From NCBI GenBank assembly GCA_964016885.1, contig OZ024757.1, forward strand, positions 43,028,001-43,092,000: a DNA stretch of 64,000 nucleotides, in the 5' to 3' direction. The DNA comes from Eledone cirrhosa. Its lineage: Eukaryota. The notes under the pieces were generated by a model. That model was not told the DNA's origin and ran no database searches. It saw only the letters and a program-made list of their open reading frames with translations. Positions within the stretch are counted from its first letter, which is position 1; each line of letters begins with the position of its first letter. Of this stretch, positions 53,120-64,000 are shown piece by piece. The position numbers were made by a program, and so were the translations under genes.

Positions 53120-56100
53120 CGGACCGTACTGCACATGCGTCAAGAACGTTGGACCGTAGTGCGCATGCGCCAAGGCCTCCGAACCGTAGTGCGCATGCGC
53201 CAACGCCGCCGGACCGTAGTGCGCATGCGCCAAGGCCGCCGGACCGTAGTGCGCATGCGCCAAGGCCGCCAGACCATAGTGCGCATGCGCCAAGGCCGCC
53301 GGGCCGTACTGCGCATGCGCCAAGGCCGCCGGACCGTAGTGCGCATGCGCCAATGCTGCCAGACCGTAGTGCGCATGCACCAAAGCTGCCGGACCGTAGT
53401 GCGCATGCGCCAAGGCCGCCGGACCGTTGTGCGCATGCGCCAAGGCCACTGGACCGTACTGTGCATGCGCCAAGGCCACCAGAACGTAGTGCGCACGCGC
53501 CAAGGCCATCGGACCGTAGTGCGCATGCGCCAAGTCTGCCAGACCGTAGTGCGCATGCGCCAATGCTGCCACACCGTAGTGCGCATGCACCAAAGCCGCC
53601 GGACCGTAGTGCGCAGGCTCCAAGGCCGCCGAGCCGTAGTGTGCATGCGCCAAGGCCGCCGGACCGTTGTGCGCATGCGCAAAGACCGCTGACCCTTAGT
53701 GCGCATGCGCCATGGCCGCCGGACCTTACTGCGCATGCGCTAAGGCCGCCGGACCTCACTGCGCATGCGCCAAGGCCACTGGACTGTACTGCGCATGCGC
53801 CAAGGCCACCAGGACGTAGTGCGCATGCGCCAAGGCCATCGGACCGAAGTGCGCATGCGCCAAGTCTGCCAGATCGTAGTGCGCATGCGCCAAAGCCACC
53901 GGACCGTACTGCGCATGTGCCAAGGCCACCGGAACGTAGTGCGCATGCGGCAAGGTCGCCGGACCGTAGTGCGCATGCGCCAAGACCGCCGGACCGTAGT
54001 GCGCGTGCGCCAAGGCCGCCAGACCGTAGTGCGCATGCGCCAAGGTCGCCGGGCCGTACTGCGCATGCGCCAAGGCCGCCGGGCTGTAGTGCGCATGCTC
54101 CAATGCTGCTAGACCGTAGTGCGCATGCACCAAAGCCGCCGGACCGTAGTGCGCATGCGCCAAGGCCGCCGGACCGTAGTGCGCATGCACCAAGGCCGCC
54201 GGACCGTTGTGCGCATGCGCAAAGAACGATGGCCCTTAGAGCGCATGCGCCAAGGCCGCCGGAACGTACTGCGCATGCGCTAAGGCCGCCGGACCTTACT
54301 GCGCATGCGTCAAGGCCACCGGAACGTAGTGCGCATGCGCCAAGGCCGCCGTACCATTGTGCGCATGCGCAAAGACCACTGGCCCTTAGTGCGCATGCGC
54401 CATGGCCGCCGGACCTTACTGCGCATGCGCCAAGGCCGCCGGACCGTAGTGCGCATGCGCCAATGCTGCCAGACCGTAGTGCGCATGCACCAAAGCTGCC
54501 GGACAGTAGTGCGCATGCGCCAAGGCCGCCGGACCGTTGTGCGCATGCGCCAAGGCCACTGGACCGTAGTGCGCACGCGCCAAGGCCATCGGACCGTAGT
54601 GCGCATGCGCCAAGTCTGCCAGACCGTAGTGCGCATGCGCTAAAGCCACCGGACCGTACTGCGCATGTGCCAAGGCCACCGGAACGTAGTGCGCATGCGG
54701 CAACGTCGCCGGACTGTAGTGCGCATGCGCCAAGACCGCCGGACCGTAGTGCGCATGCGCCAATGCTGCCAGACCGTAGTGCGCATGCGCCAAGGCCATC
54801 GGACCGTAGTGCGCATGCGCCAAGTCTGCCAGACCGTAGTGCGCATGCGCCAAAGCCACCGGACCGTAGTGCGCATGCGGCAAGGCCGCCGGAACGTAGT
54901 GCGCATCCACGAAGGCAGCCGGACCGTAGTGCGCATGCGCCAAGACTGACAGACCATAGTGCGCATGCGCCAAAGCCGCCGGACCTTACTGCGCATGCGC
55001 CAAGGCCACTGGAGCGTACTGCGCATGCGCCAAGGCCACCGGAACGTAGTGCGCACGCGCCAAGGCCGCCGGACCGCAGTGCGCATGCGCCAGAGCCGCC
55101 GAACCGTAGTGCGCATGCGTCAAGGTCGCCGGACCATACTGCGCATGCGCCAAGCCCGCCGGACCGTAGTGCGCATGCGCTAAGGCCGCTGAACCGTACT
55201 GCGCATGCGCCAAAGCAGCTGGACCGTAGTGCGCATGCGCCAAGGCCACCGGACCGTACTGCACATGCGCCAAGGACGCCGGACCGTAGTGCGCATGCGC
55301 CAAAGCCACCGGACCGTAGTGCGCATGCGACAAGGCCGCAGTACCGTAGTGCGCATGCGCCAAGGCCACATGACCGTAGTGCGCATGCGCCAAGGCTGCC
55401 GGACCGTAGTGCGCATGCGCCAAGGCCGCCGGACCGTAGTGCGCATGCGCCAAAGCCGCCGAACCGTAGTGCGCATGCGCCAAGGCCGCCGATACATAGT
55501 GCACATGCGCCAAGGCCGTCGGACCATACTGCGCATGCGCCAAGGCCGCCGGACCGTAGTGCGCATGCGCCAAGGCCGCCTGACTGTACTGCGCATGCGT
55601 CAAGGTCCCAGTACCGAACTGCGCATGCGCTAAGGCCGCCGGACCGTACTGCGCATGCGCCAAGGCCGCCGGACCGCAGTGCGCATGCGCCAGAGCTGCC
55701 GAACCGTAGTGCGCCTGCGTCAAGGTCGCCGGACCATACTGCGCATGTGCCAAGCCCGCCGGACTGTAGTGCGCATGCGCTAAGGCCGCCGAACCGTACT
55801 GCGCATGCGCCAAAGCAGCTGCACCGTAGTGCGCATGCGCCAAGGCCACCGGACGGTACTGCGCATGCACCAAGACCGCCGGATCGTACTGCGCATGCCC
55901 CAAGGCCGTCGGACCGTAGTGCGCACGTGCCAAAGCCGCCAGACCGTAGTGCGCATGCTCCAAGGCCGCCGGATCTTACTGCGCATGCCCCAAGGCCGTC
56001 GGACAGTAGTGCTCATGCGCCAAGGCCGCCGAACCGTACTGCGCATGCGCCAAGGCCGCCGGATCTTTGTGCGCATGCGGTTCGGTGGCCTTGGCGCATG

Positions 56101-56219
56101 CGCACTACTGTCCGGCGACCTTCCCGCATGCGCACTACGTTCCGGCGGCCTTGGCGCATGCGCACTACGTTCCGGCAGCCTTGGCGCATGCGCACTACGG
56201 TCATGTGGCCTTGGCGCAT

Positions 56220-56760
56220 GCGCAGTACTGTCCAGTGGCCTTGGCGCATGCGCAGTAAGGTCCGGCAGCCTTAGCGCATGCGCACTACGGTCCAGTGGCC
56301 TTATCGCATGCGCAGTAAGGTCCGGCGGCCATGGCGCATGCGCACTAAGGGCCAGCGGTCTTTGCGCATGCGCACAACGGTCCGGCGGCCTTGGCGCCTG
56401 CGCACTACGGTCCGGCGGCTTTGGTGCATGCGCACTACGTTCCGGTGGCCTTGGCGCATGCGCAGTACTGTCCAGTGGCCTTGGCGCATGCGCAGTAAGG
56501 TCCGGCAGCCTTAGCGCATGCGCACTACGGTCCAGTGGCCTTATCGCATGCGCAGTAAGGTCCGGCGGCCATGGCGCATGCGCACTAAGGGCCAGCGGTC
56601 TTTGCGCATGCGCACAACGGTCCGGCGGCCTTCGCGCCTGCGCACTACGGTCCGGCGGCTTTGGTGCATGCGCACTACGTTCCGGTGGCCTTGGCGCATG
56701 CGCAGTACTGTCCAGTGGCCTTGGCGCATGCGCAGTAAGGTCCGGCAGCCTTAGCGCATG
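56220..56760 (+). repeat. 240-bp (8-monomer) local tandem duplication
   Basis: The ccttatcgcatg variant occurs at ~56300 and ~56540; ORFs at 56278 and 56518 are offset by 240. Confidence 0.88.
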
Positions 56761-58915
56761 CGCAGTACGTTCCGGCGGCCTTGGCGCATGCGCACGAAGG
56801 GCCATCGTTCTTTGCGCATGCGCACAACGGTCCGGCGGCCTTGGTGCATGCGCACTACGGTCCGGCGGCCTTGGCGCATGCGCACTACGGTCCGGCGGCT
56901 TTGGTGCATGCGCACTACGGTCTAGCAGCATTGGGGCATGCGCACTACAGCCCGGCGGCCTTGGCGCATGCGCAGTACGGCCCGGCGACCTTGGCGCATG
57001 CGCCCTACGGTCTGGCGGCCTTGGCGCACGCGCACTACGGTCCGGCGGTCTTGGCGCATGCGCACTACGGTCCGGCGACCTTGCCGCATGCGCACTACGT
57101 TTCGGTGGCCTTGGCACATGCGCAGTACGGTCCGGTGGCTTTGGCGCATGCGCACTACGGTCTGGCAGACTTGGCGCATGCGCACTACGGTCCGATGGCC
57201 TTGGCGCATGCGCACTACGTCCTGCTGGCCTTGGCGCCTGCACAGTACAGTCCAGTGGCCTTGGCGCATGCGCAGTAAGGCCCGGCGGCCTTAGCGCATG
57301 CGCAGTAAGGTCCGGCGGCCATGGCGCATGCGCACTAAGGGCCAGCGGTCTTTGCGCATGCGCACAATGGTACGGCGGCCTTGGCGCATGCGCACTACGT
57401 TCCGGTGGCCTTGACGCATGCGCAGTACTGTCCAGTGGCCTTGGCGCATGCGCAGTAAGGTCCGGCGGCCTTAGCGCATGCGCAGTACGTTCCGGCGGCC
57501 TTGGCGCATGTGCACTAAGGGCCATCGTTCTTTGCGCATGCGCACAACGGTCCGGCGGCCTTGGTGCATGCGCACTACGGTCCGGCGGCCTTGGCGCATG
57601 CGCACTACGGTCCGGCGGCTTTGGTGCATGCGCTCTACGGTCTAGCAGCATTGGAGCATGCACACTACAGCCCGGCGGCCTTGGCGCATGCGCAGTACGG
57701 CCCGGCGACCTTGGCGCATGCGCACTACGGTCTGGCGGCCTTGGCGCACGCGCACTACGGTCCGGCGGTCTTGGCGCATGCGCACTACGGTCCGGCGGCC
57801 TTGCCGCATGCGCACTACGTTCCGGTGGCCTTGGCACATGCGCAGTACGGTCCGGTGGCTTTGGCGCATGCGCACTACGGTCTGGCAGACTTGAAGCATG
57901 CGCACTACGGTCCGATGGCCTTGGCGCATGCGCACTACGTCCTGGTGGCCTTGGCGCATGCGCAGTACAGTCCAGTGGCCTTGGCGCATGCGCAGTGAGG
58001 TCCGGCGGCCTTAGCGCATGCGCAGTAAGGTCCGGCGGCCATGGCGCATGCGCACTAAGGGTCAGCGGTCTTTGCGCATGCGCACAACGGTACGGCGGCC
58101 TTGGCGCATGCACACTACGGCCCGGCGGCCTTGGCGCCTGCACACTACGGTCCGGCGGCTTTGGTGCATGCGCACTACGGTCCGGCGGCGCGCACTACGT
58201 TCCGGTGGCCTTGGCGCATGCGCAGTACGCTCCAGTGGCCTTGGCGCATGCGCAGTAAGGTCCGACGGCTTTGGCGCATGCGCACTATGGTCTTTCAGTT
58301 TTGGCGCATGCGCACTACGGTCCGGCGGCCTTCGCGCATGCGCACTACGTTCCGGCGGCCTTGGCGCATGCGCACTACGTTCCGGTGGCCTTTGCGCATG
58401 CGCAGTACGGTCCAGCGGCCTTGGCGCATGCGCACAACGGTACGGCGGCCTTGGCGCATGCGCACTACGTTCCGGTGGCCTTGGCGCATGCGCAGTACTG
58501 TCCAGTGGCCTTGGCGCATGTGCAGTAAGGTCCGGCGGCCTTAGCGCATGCGCAGTACGTTCCGACGGCCTTGGCGCATGCGCACTAAGGGCCATCGTTC
58601 TTTGCGCATGCGCACAACGGTCCGGCGGCCTTGGTGCATGCGCACTACGGTCCGGCGGCCTTAGCGCATGCGCAGTTCGGTACTGCGACCTTGACGCATG
58701 CGCAGTACAGTCAGGTGGCCTTGGCGCATGCGCACAACGGTCCGGCGCCCTTGGCGCATGCTCAGTATGGTCCGACGGCCTTGGCGCATGTGCACTATGT
58801 ATCGGCGGCCTTGGCGCATGCGCACTACGGTTAGGCGGCTTTGGCGCATGCGCACTACGATCAGGCCGTCTCGGCGCGTGCGCAGTACGGTCTGGCGGTC
58901 TTGGCGCATGGGCAC

Positions 58916-59182
58916 GTCATCAAAAAGGACTAACATGGCCGAAATGTCATCATGTATGTCTGAAATTACAACAAAATGGCTAAGACGGCATAATAAATGA
59001 CTAAAGTGACAATAAAATGCTAAAACCGTATCATAATTGACTAGAATGACTCTAACACGACTGAAACGTCTAAAATGACTATAAATGGCTCTAAAATGGT
59101 TAAACTGCATCATAAATTTCTAAAATAACTCAAAATGGCTAAATATGGCAACATAAAGGCTTAAAATGGCTAAAAAGTCATC
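58916..59182 (-). repeat. AT-rich spacer, 267-bp form, inverted
   Basis: Reverse complement of 20502-20768 (shares the ttagaaattt and ctttatgttg variants). Confidence 0.95.
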
Positions 59183-62100
59183 CGGACCGTACTGCACATG
59201 CTTCAAGGACTTCGGACCGTCGTGCGCATGCGCCAAGGCCTCCGAACCGTAGTGCGCATGCGCCAACGCCGCCGGACCGTAGTGCGCATGCGCCAAGGCC
59301 GCCGGACCGTAGTGCGCATGCGCCAAGGCCGCCAGACCGTAGTGCACATGCGCCAAGGCCGCCGGGCCGTACTGCGCATGCGCCAAGGCCGCCGGACCGT
59401 AGTGCGCATGCGCCAATGCTGCCAGACCGTAGTGCGCATGCACCAAAGCTGCCGGACCGTAGTGCGCATGCGCCAAGGCCGCCGGACCGTTGTGCGCATG
59501 CGCCAAGGCCACTGGACCGTAGTGCGCACGCGCCAATGCCATCGGACCGTAGTGCGCATGCGCCAAGTCTGCCAGACCGTAGTGCGAATGCGCTAAAGCC
59601 ACCGGACCGTACTGCGCATGTGCCAAGGCCACCGGAACGTAGTGCGCATGCGGCAAGGTCGCCGGACCGTAGTGCGCATGCGCCAAGACCGCCGGACCGT
59701 AGTGCGCATGCGCCAATGCTGCCAGACCGTAGTGCGCATGCGCCAAGGCCGCCGTGCCGTAGTGTGCATGCGCCAAGGCCGCCGGACCGTTGTGCGCATG
59801 CGCAAAGACCGCTGGCCCTTAGTGCGCATGCACCAAGGCCGCCGGACCGTTGTGCGCATGCGCAAAGAACAATGGCCCTTAGTGCGCATGCGCCAAGGCC
59901 GCCGTAACGTACTGCGCATGCGCTCAGGCCGCCGGACCTTACTGCGCATGCGCCAAGGCCACTGGACAGTACTGCGCATGCGTCAAGGCCACCGGAAAGT
60001 AGTGCGCATGCGCCAAGGCCGCCGTACCGTTGTGCGCATGCGCAAAGACCGCTGGCCCTTAGTGCGCATGCGCCATGGCCGCCGGACCTTACTGCGCATG
60101 CGCCAAGGCCACTGGACTGTACTGCGCATGCGCCAAGGCCACCAGGACGTAGTGCGCATGCGCCAAGGCCATCGGACCGTAGTGCGCATGCGCCAAGTCT
60201 GCCAGACCGTAGTGCGCATGCGCCAAAGCCACCGGACCGTACTGCGCATGTGCCAAGGCCACCGGAACGTAGTGCGCATGCGGCAAGGTCGCCGGACCGT
60301 AGTGCGCATGCGCCAAGACCGCCGGACTGTAGTGCGCGTGCGCCAAGGCCGCCAGACCGTAGTGCGCATGCGCCAAGGTCGCCGGGCCGTACTGCGCATG
60401 CGCCAAGGCCGCCGGGCTTTAGTGCGTATGCCCCAATGCTGCTAGACCGTAGTGCGTATGCACCAAAGCCGCCGGACCGTAGTGCGCATGCGCCAAGGCC
60501 GCCGGACCGTAGTGCGCATGCACCAAGGCCGCCGGACCGTTGTGCGCATGCGCAAAGAACGATGGCCCTTAGTGCGCATGCGCCAAGGCCGCCGGAACGT
60601 ACTGCGCATGCGCTAAGGCTGTCGGACCTTACTGCGCATGCGCCAAGGCCACTGGACAGTACTGCGCATGCGCCAAGGCCACCGGAACGTAGTGCGCATG
60701 CGCCAAGGCCGCCGTACCGTTGTGCGCATGCGCCAAGGCCGCTGGACCGTACTGCGCATGCGCAAAGGCCACCGGAACGTAGTGTGCATGCGCCAAGGCC
60801 GCCGGAACGTAGTCCGCATGCGCGAAGGCCGCCGGACCGTAGTGCGCATGCGCCAAGACTGACAGACCATAGTGCGCATGCACCAAAGCCGCCGGACCTT
60901 ACTGCGCATGCGCCAAGGCCACTGGAGCGTACTGCGCATGCGCCAAGGCCACCGGAACGTAGTGCGCATGCGCCAAGGCCGCCGCACCGTAGTGCGCATG
61001 CGCCAAGGCTGCCAGACCGTAGTGCGCACAAAGGTCCGGCAGCCTTGGCGCATGCGCAGTACGGTTCGGCGGCCTTGGCGCATGCGCACTACGGTCTGGC
61101 GGCCTTGGCACATGCGCACTACGGTCCGACGGCCTTGGGGCATGCGCAGTAAGATCCGGCGGTCTTGGAGCATGCGCACTACGGTCTGGCGGCCTTGGCA
61201 CATGCGCACTACTGTCCGACGGCCTTGGGGCATGCGCAGTACGATCCGGCGGTCTTGGATCATGCGCAGTACCGTCCCGTGGCCTTGGCGCATGCGCACT
61301 ACGGTCCAGCTGCTTTGGCGCATGCGCAGTACGGTTCGGCGGCCTTAGCGCATGCGCACTACGGTCCGGAGGGCTTGGCGCATGCGCAGTATGGTCCGGC
61401 GACCTTGACGCAGGCGCACTACGGTTCGGCGGCTCTGGCGCATGCGCACTGCGGTCCGGCGGCCTTGGCGCATGCGCAGTACGGTCCGGCGGCCTTAGCG
61501 CATGCGCAGTTCGGTACTGGGACCTTGACGCATGCGCAGTACAGTCAGTCGGTCTTGGCGCATGCGCACTACGGTCCGGCGGCCTTGGCGCATGCGCAGT
61601 ACGGTTCGGCGGCTTTGGCGCATGCGCACTACGGTCCGGCGGCCTTGGCACATGCGCAGTACGGTCCGGCGGCCTTAACGCATGCGCAGTTCGGTACTGC
61701 GACCTTGACGCATGCGCAGTACAGTCAGGCGGCCTTGGCGCATGCGCAGTACGGTCCGGCGGCCTTAGCGCATGCGCAGTTCGGTACTGCGACCTTGACG
61801 CATGCGCAGTACAGTCAGGTGGCCTTGGCGCATGCGCACTACGGTCCGGCGTCTTTGGCGCATGCGCACTACGGTCCGGCGGCCCCGGCGCATGCGCAGT
61901 ATGGTCCGGCGGCCTTGGCGCATGCGCACTACGGTTCGGCGGCTCTGGCGCATGCGCACTACGGTCCGGCGGTCTTGGTGCATGCGCAGTACGGTACTGG
62001 GACCTTGATGCATGCGCAGTACAGTCAGGCGGCCTTGGCGCATGCGCATTACGGACCGGCGGCCTTGGCGCATGCGCAGTACGGTCCGGCGGCCTTAGCG

Positions 62101-62187
62101 CATGCGCAGTTCGGTACTGCGACCTTGACGCATGCGCAGTACAGTCAGGTGGCCTTGGCGCATGCGCAGTACGGTCCGGCGGCCTTG

Positions 62188-62243
62188 AAAATGGTTAAAC
62201 TGCATCATAAATTACTAAAATAACTCAAAATGGCTAAATATGG
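62188..62243 (-). repeat. AT-rich spacer, 56-bp form, inverted
   Basis: Same sequence as 8868-8923. Confidence 0.95.
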
Positions 62244-64000
62244 ACTGTACTGCGCATGCGCCAAGGCCACCAGGACGTAGTGCGCATGCGCCAAGGCCAT
62301 CGGACCGTAGTGCGCATGCGCCAAGTCTGCCAGACCGTAGTGCGCATGCGCCAAAGCCACCGGACCGTACTGCGCATGTGCCAAGGCCACCGGAACGTAG
62401 TGCGCATGCGGCAAGGTCGCCGGACCGTAGTGCGCATGCGCCAAGACCGCCGGACCGTAGTGCGCGTGCGCCAAGGCCGCCAGACCGTAGTGCGCATGCG
62501 CCAAGGTCGCCGGGCCGTACTGCGCATGCGCCAAGGCCGCCGGGCTGTAGTGCGCATGCCCCAATGCTGCTAGACCGTAGTGCGCATGCACCAAAGCCAC
62601 CGGACCGTAGTGCGCATGCGCCAAGGCTGCCGGACCGTAGTGCGCATGCACCAAGGCCGCCGGACCGTTGTGCGCATGCGCAAAGAACGATGGCCATCTT
62701 AGTGAGCATGCGCCAAGGCCGCCGGAACGTACTGCGCATGCGCTAAGGCCGCCCGACCTTACTGCGCATGCGCCAAGGCCACTGGACAGTACTGCGCATG
62801 CGTCAAGGCCACCAGAACGTAGTGCGCATGCGCCAAGGCCGCCGTACCGTTGTGCGCATGCGCAAAGACAGCTGGCCCTTAGTGCGCATGCGCCATGGCC
62901 GCCGGACCGTAGTGCGCATGCGCCAAGGCTGCCAGACCGTAGTGCGCATGCGCCAAAGCCGCCGGACCGTACTGCGCATGTGCCAAGGCCACCGGAACGT
63001 AGTGCGCATGCGGGAAGGTCGCCGGACCGTAGTGCGCATGCTCCAAGGCCGCCGAACCGCATGCGCACAAAGGTCCGGCGGCCTTGGCGCATGCGCAGTA
63101 CGGTTCGGCGGCCTTGGCGCATGCGCACTACGGTCTGGCGGCCTTGGCACATGCGCACTACGGTCCGACGGCCTTGGGGCATGCGCAGTAAGATCCGGCG
63201 GTCTTGGAGCATGCGCACTACGGTCTGGCAGCCTTGGCGCATGCGCACTACGGTCCGGCGGCCTTGGCGCATGCGCACTACGTTCCGGCGGCCTTGGCGC
63301 ATGCGCACTACGTTCCGGTGGCCTTTGCGCATGCGCAGTACGGTCCAGCGGCCTTGGCGCATGCGCACAACGGTACGGCGGCCTTGGCGCATGCGCACTA
63401 CGTTCCGGTGGCCTTGACGCATGCGCAGTACTGTCCAGTGGCCTTGGGGCATGCGCACTACAGTCCAGTGGCCTTGGCGCATGCGCAGTAAGGTCCGGCG
63501 GCCATGGCGCATGCGCACTAAGGGCCAGCTGTCTTTGCGCATGCGCACAACGGTACGGCGGCCTTGGCGCATGCGCACTACGTTCTGGTGGCCTTGACGC
63601 ATGCGCAGTACTGTCCAGTGGCCTTGGCGCATGCGCAGTAAGGTCGGGCGGCCTTAGCGCATGCGCAGTACGGTCTGGCGGCCTTGGCACATGCGCACTA
63701 CGGTCCGACGGCCTTGGGGCATGCGCAGTACGATCCGGCGGTCTTGGTGCATGCGCAGTACCGTCCGGTGGCCTTGGCGCATGCGCACTACGGTGCAGCT
63801 GCTTTGGGGCATGCGCAGTACGGTTCGGCGGCCTTAGCGCATGCGCACTACGGTCCGGCGGGCTTGGCACATGCGCAGTATGGTCCGGCGACCTTGACGC
63901 AGGCGCACTACGGTTCGGCGGCTCTGGCGCATGCGCACTGCGGTCCGGCGGTCTTGGCGCATACGCAGTACGGTCCGGCGGCCTTAGCGCATGCGCAGTT

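Larger units (their letters stand above)
52490..61025 (-). repeat. Right arm of the large inverted duplication; includes ~54555-56018, which is also an inverted copy of ~160-1560
   Basis: ORF 215..1192(+) mirrors 54986..55963(-); 20571..21023(+) mirrors 58661..59113(-); 25284..25775(+) mirrors 52559..53050(-). Confidence 0.85.
1..64000. repeat. GC-rich 30-bp satellite array (~2,040 monomers) in ~50 alternating-orientation blocks; consensus GGCCTTGGCGCATGCGCA(C/G)TACGGTCCGGC
   Basis: A 30-bp period is directly visible (two monomers per 60-nt line) across the whole window. It reads either forward (ggccttggcgcatgcgcactacggtccggc) or reverse (gccggaccgtagtgcgcatgcgccaaggcc) and runs off both window ends. 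Confidence 0.99.

Noticed and set aside
1-64000. Hundreds of long ORFs in all six frames (AHAHYGPAAL, MRQGRRTVVR, GGLGACALRS, RSAHAPRPPD repeats; up to 1,041 aa)
   Set aside because: The monomer is a multiple of 3 and its consensus has no stop codon in any frame. ORFs overlap on both strands, change repeat type at inversion junctions, and show no visible synonymous-site bias or unique domain.
1-64000. CRISPR array (30-bp partly palindromic repeat)
   Set aside because: The repeats are contiguous with no unique spacers, there are no cas genes, and the orientation alternates.
1-64000. Autonomous transposon, site-specific invertase/shufflon or integron cassette array
   Set aside because: There is no transposase, recombinase or cassette ORF in the window. 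The recurrent junctions are better explained as duplicated copies than as enzyme target sites.

Overview
The whole 64 kb is non-coding satellite-type repeat. I found no credible genes, RNA genes or CRISPR arrays, and the ORF track is an artefact of a stop-free 30-bp monomer. About 2,040 copies of a GC-rich (~73%) monomer, consensus GGCCTTGGCGCATGCGCA(C/G)TACGGTCCGGC, fill the window; each carries the palindromic core GCGCATGCGC. Unlike a normal head-to-tail satellite, the array reverses orientation about 49 times (manual count, blocks ~0.2-3 kb) using only a few stereotyped junctions. Of 25 reverse-to-forward switches, 21 use one junction sequence ('A'). Of 24 forward-to-reverse switches, 18 contain an AT-rich, ~10-bp-periodic spacer (267/233/143/56-bp nested deletion forms) and 5 use a spacer-less junction ('B'). 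This fits an ancestral foldback-like module, [alpha arm ->][AT spacer][<- beta arm][junction A], that was tandemly amplified and then scrambled by inversion between its own inverted monomers. The results include a 7,660-bp higher-order repeat (~3 copies, 27.35-49.8 kb), a ~4.4-kb near-perfect palindrome (5,982-10,390) and ~7-8.5-kb inverted duplications flanking the higher-order repeat. It is probably eukaryotic heterochromatin; the organism cannot be determined from this sequence. Junction coordinates were read by eye and are good to a few bp.
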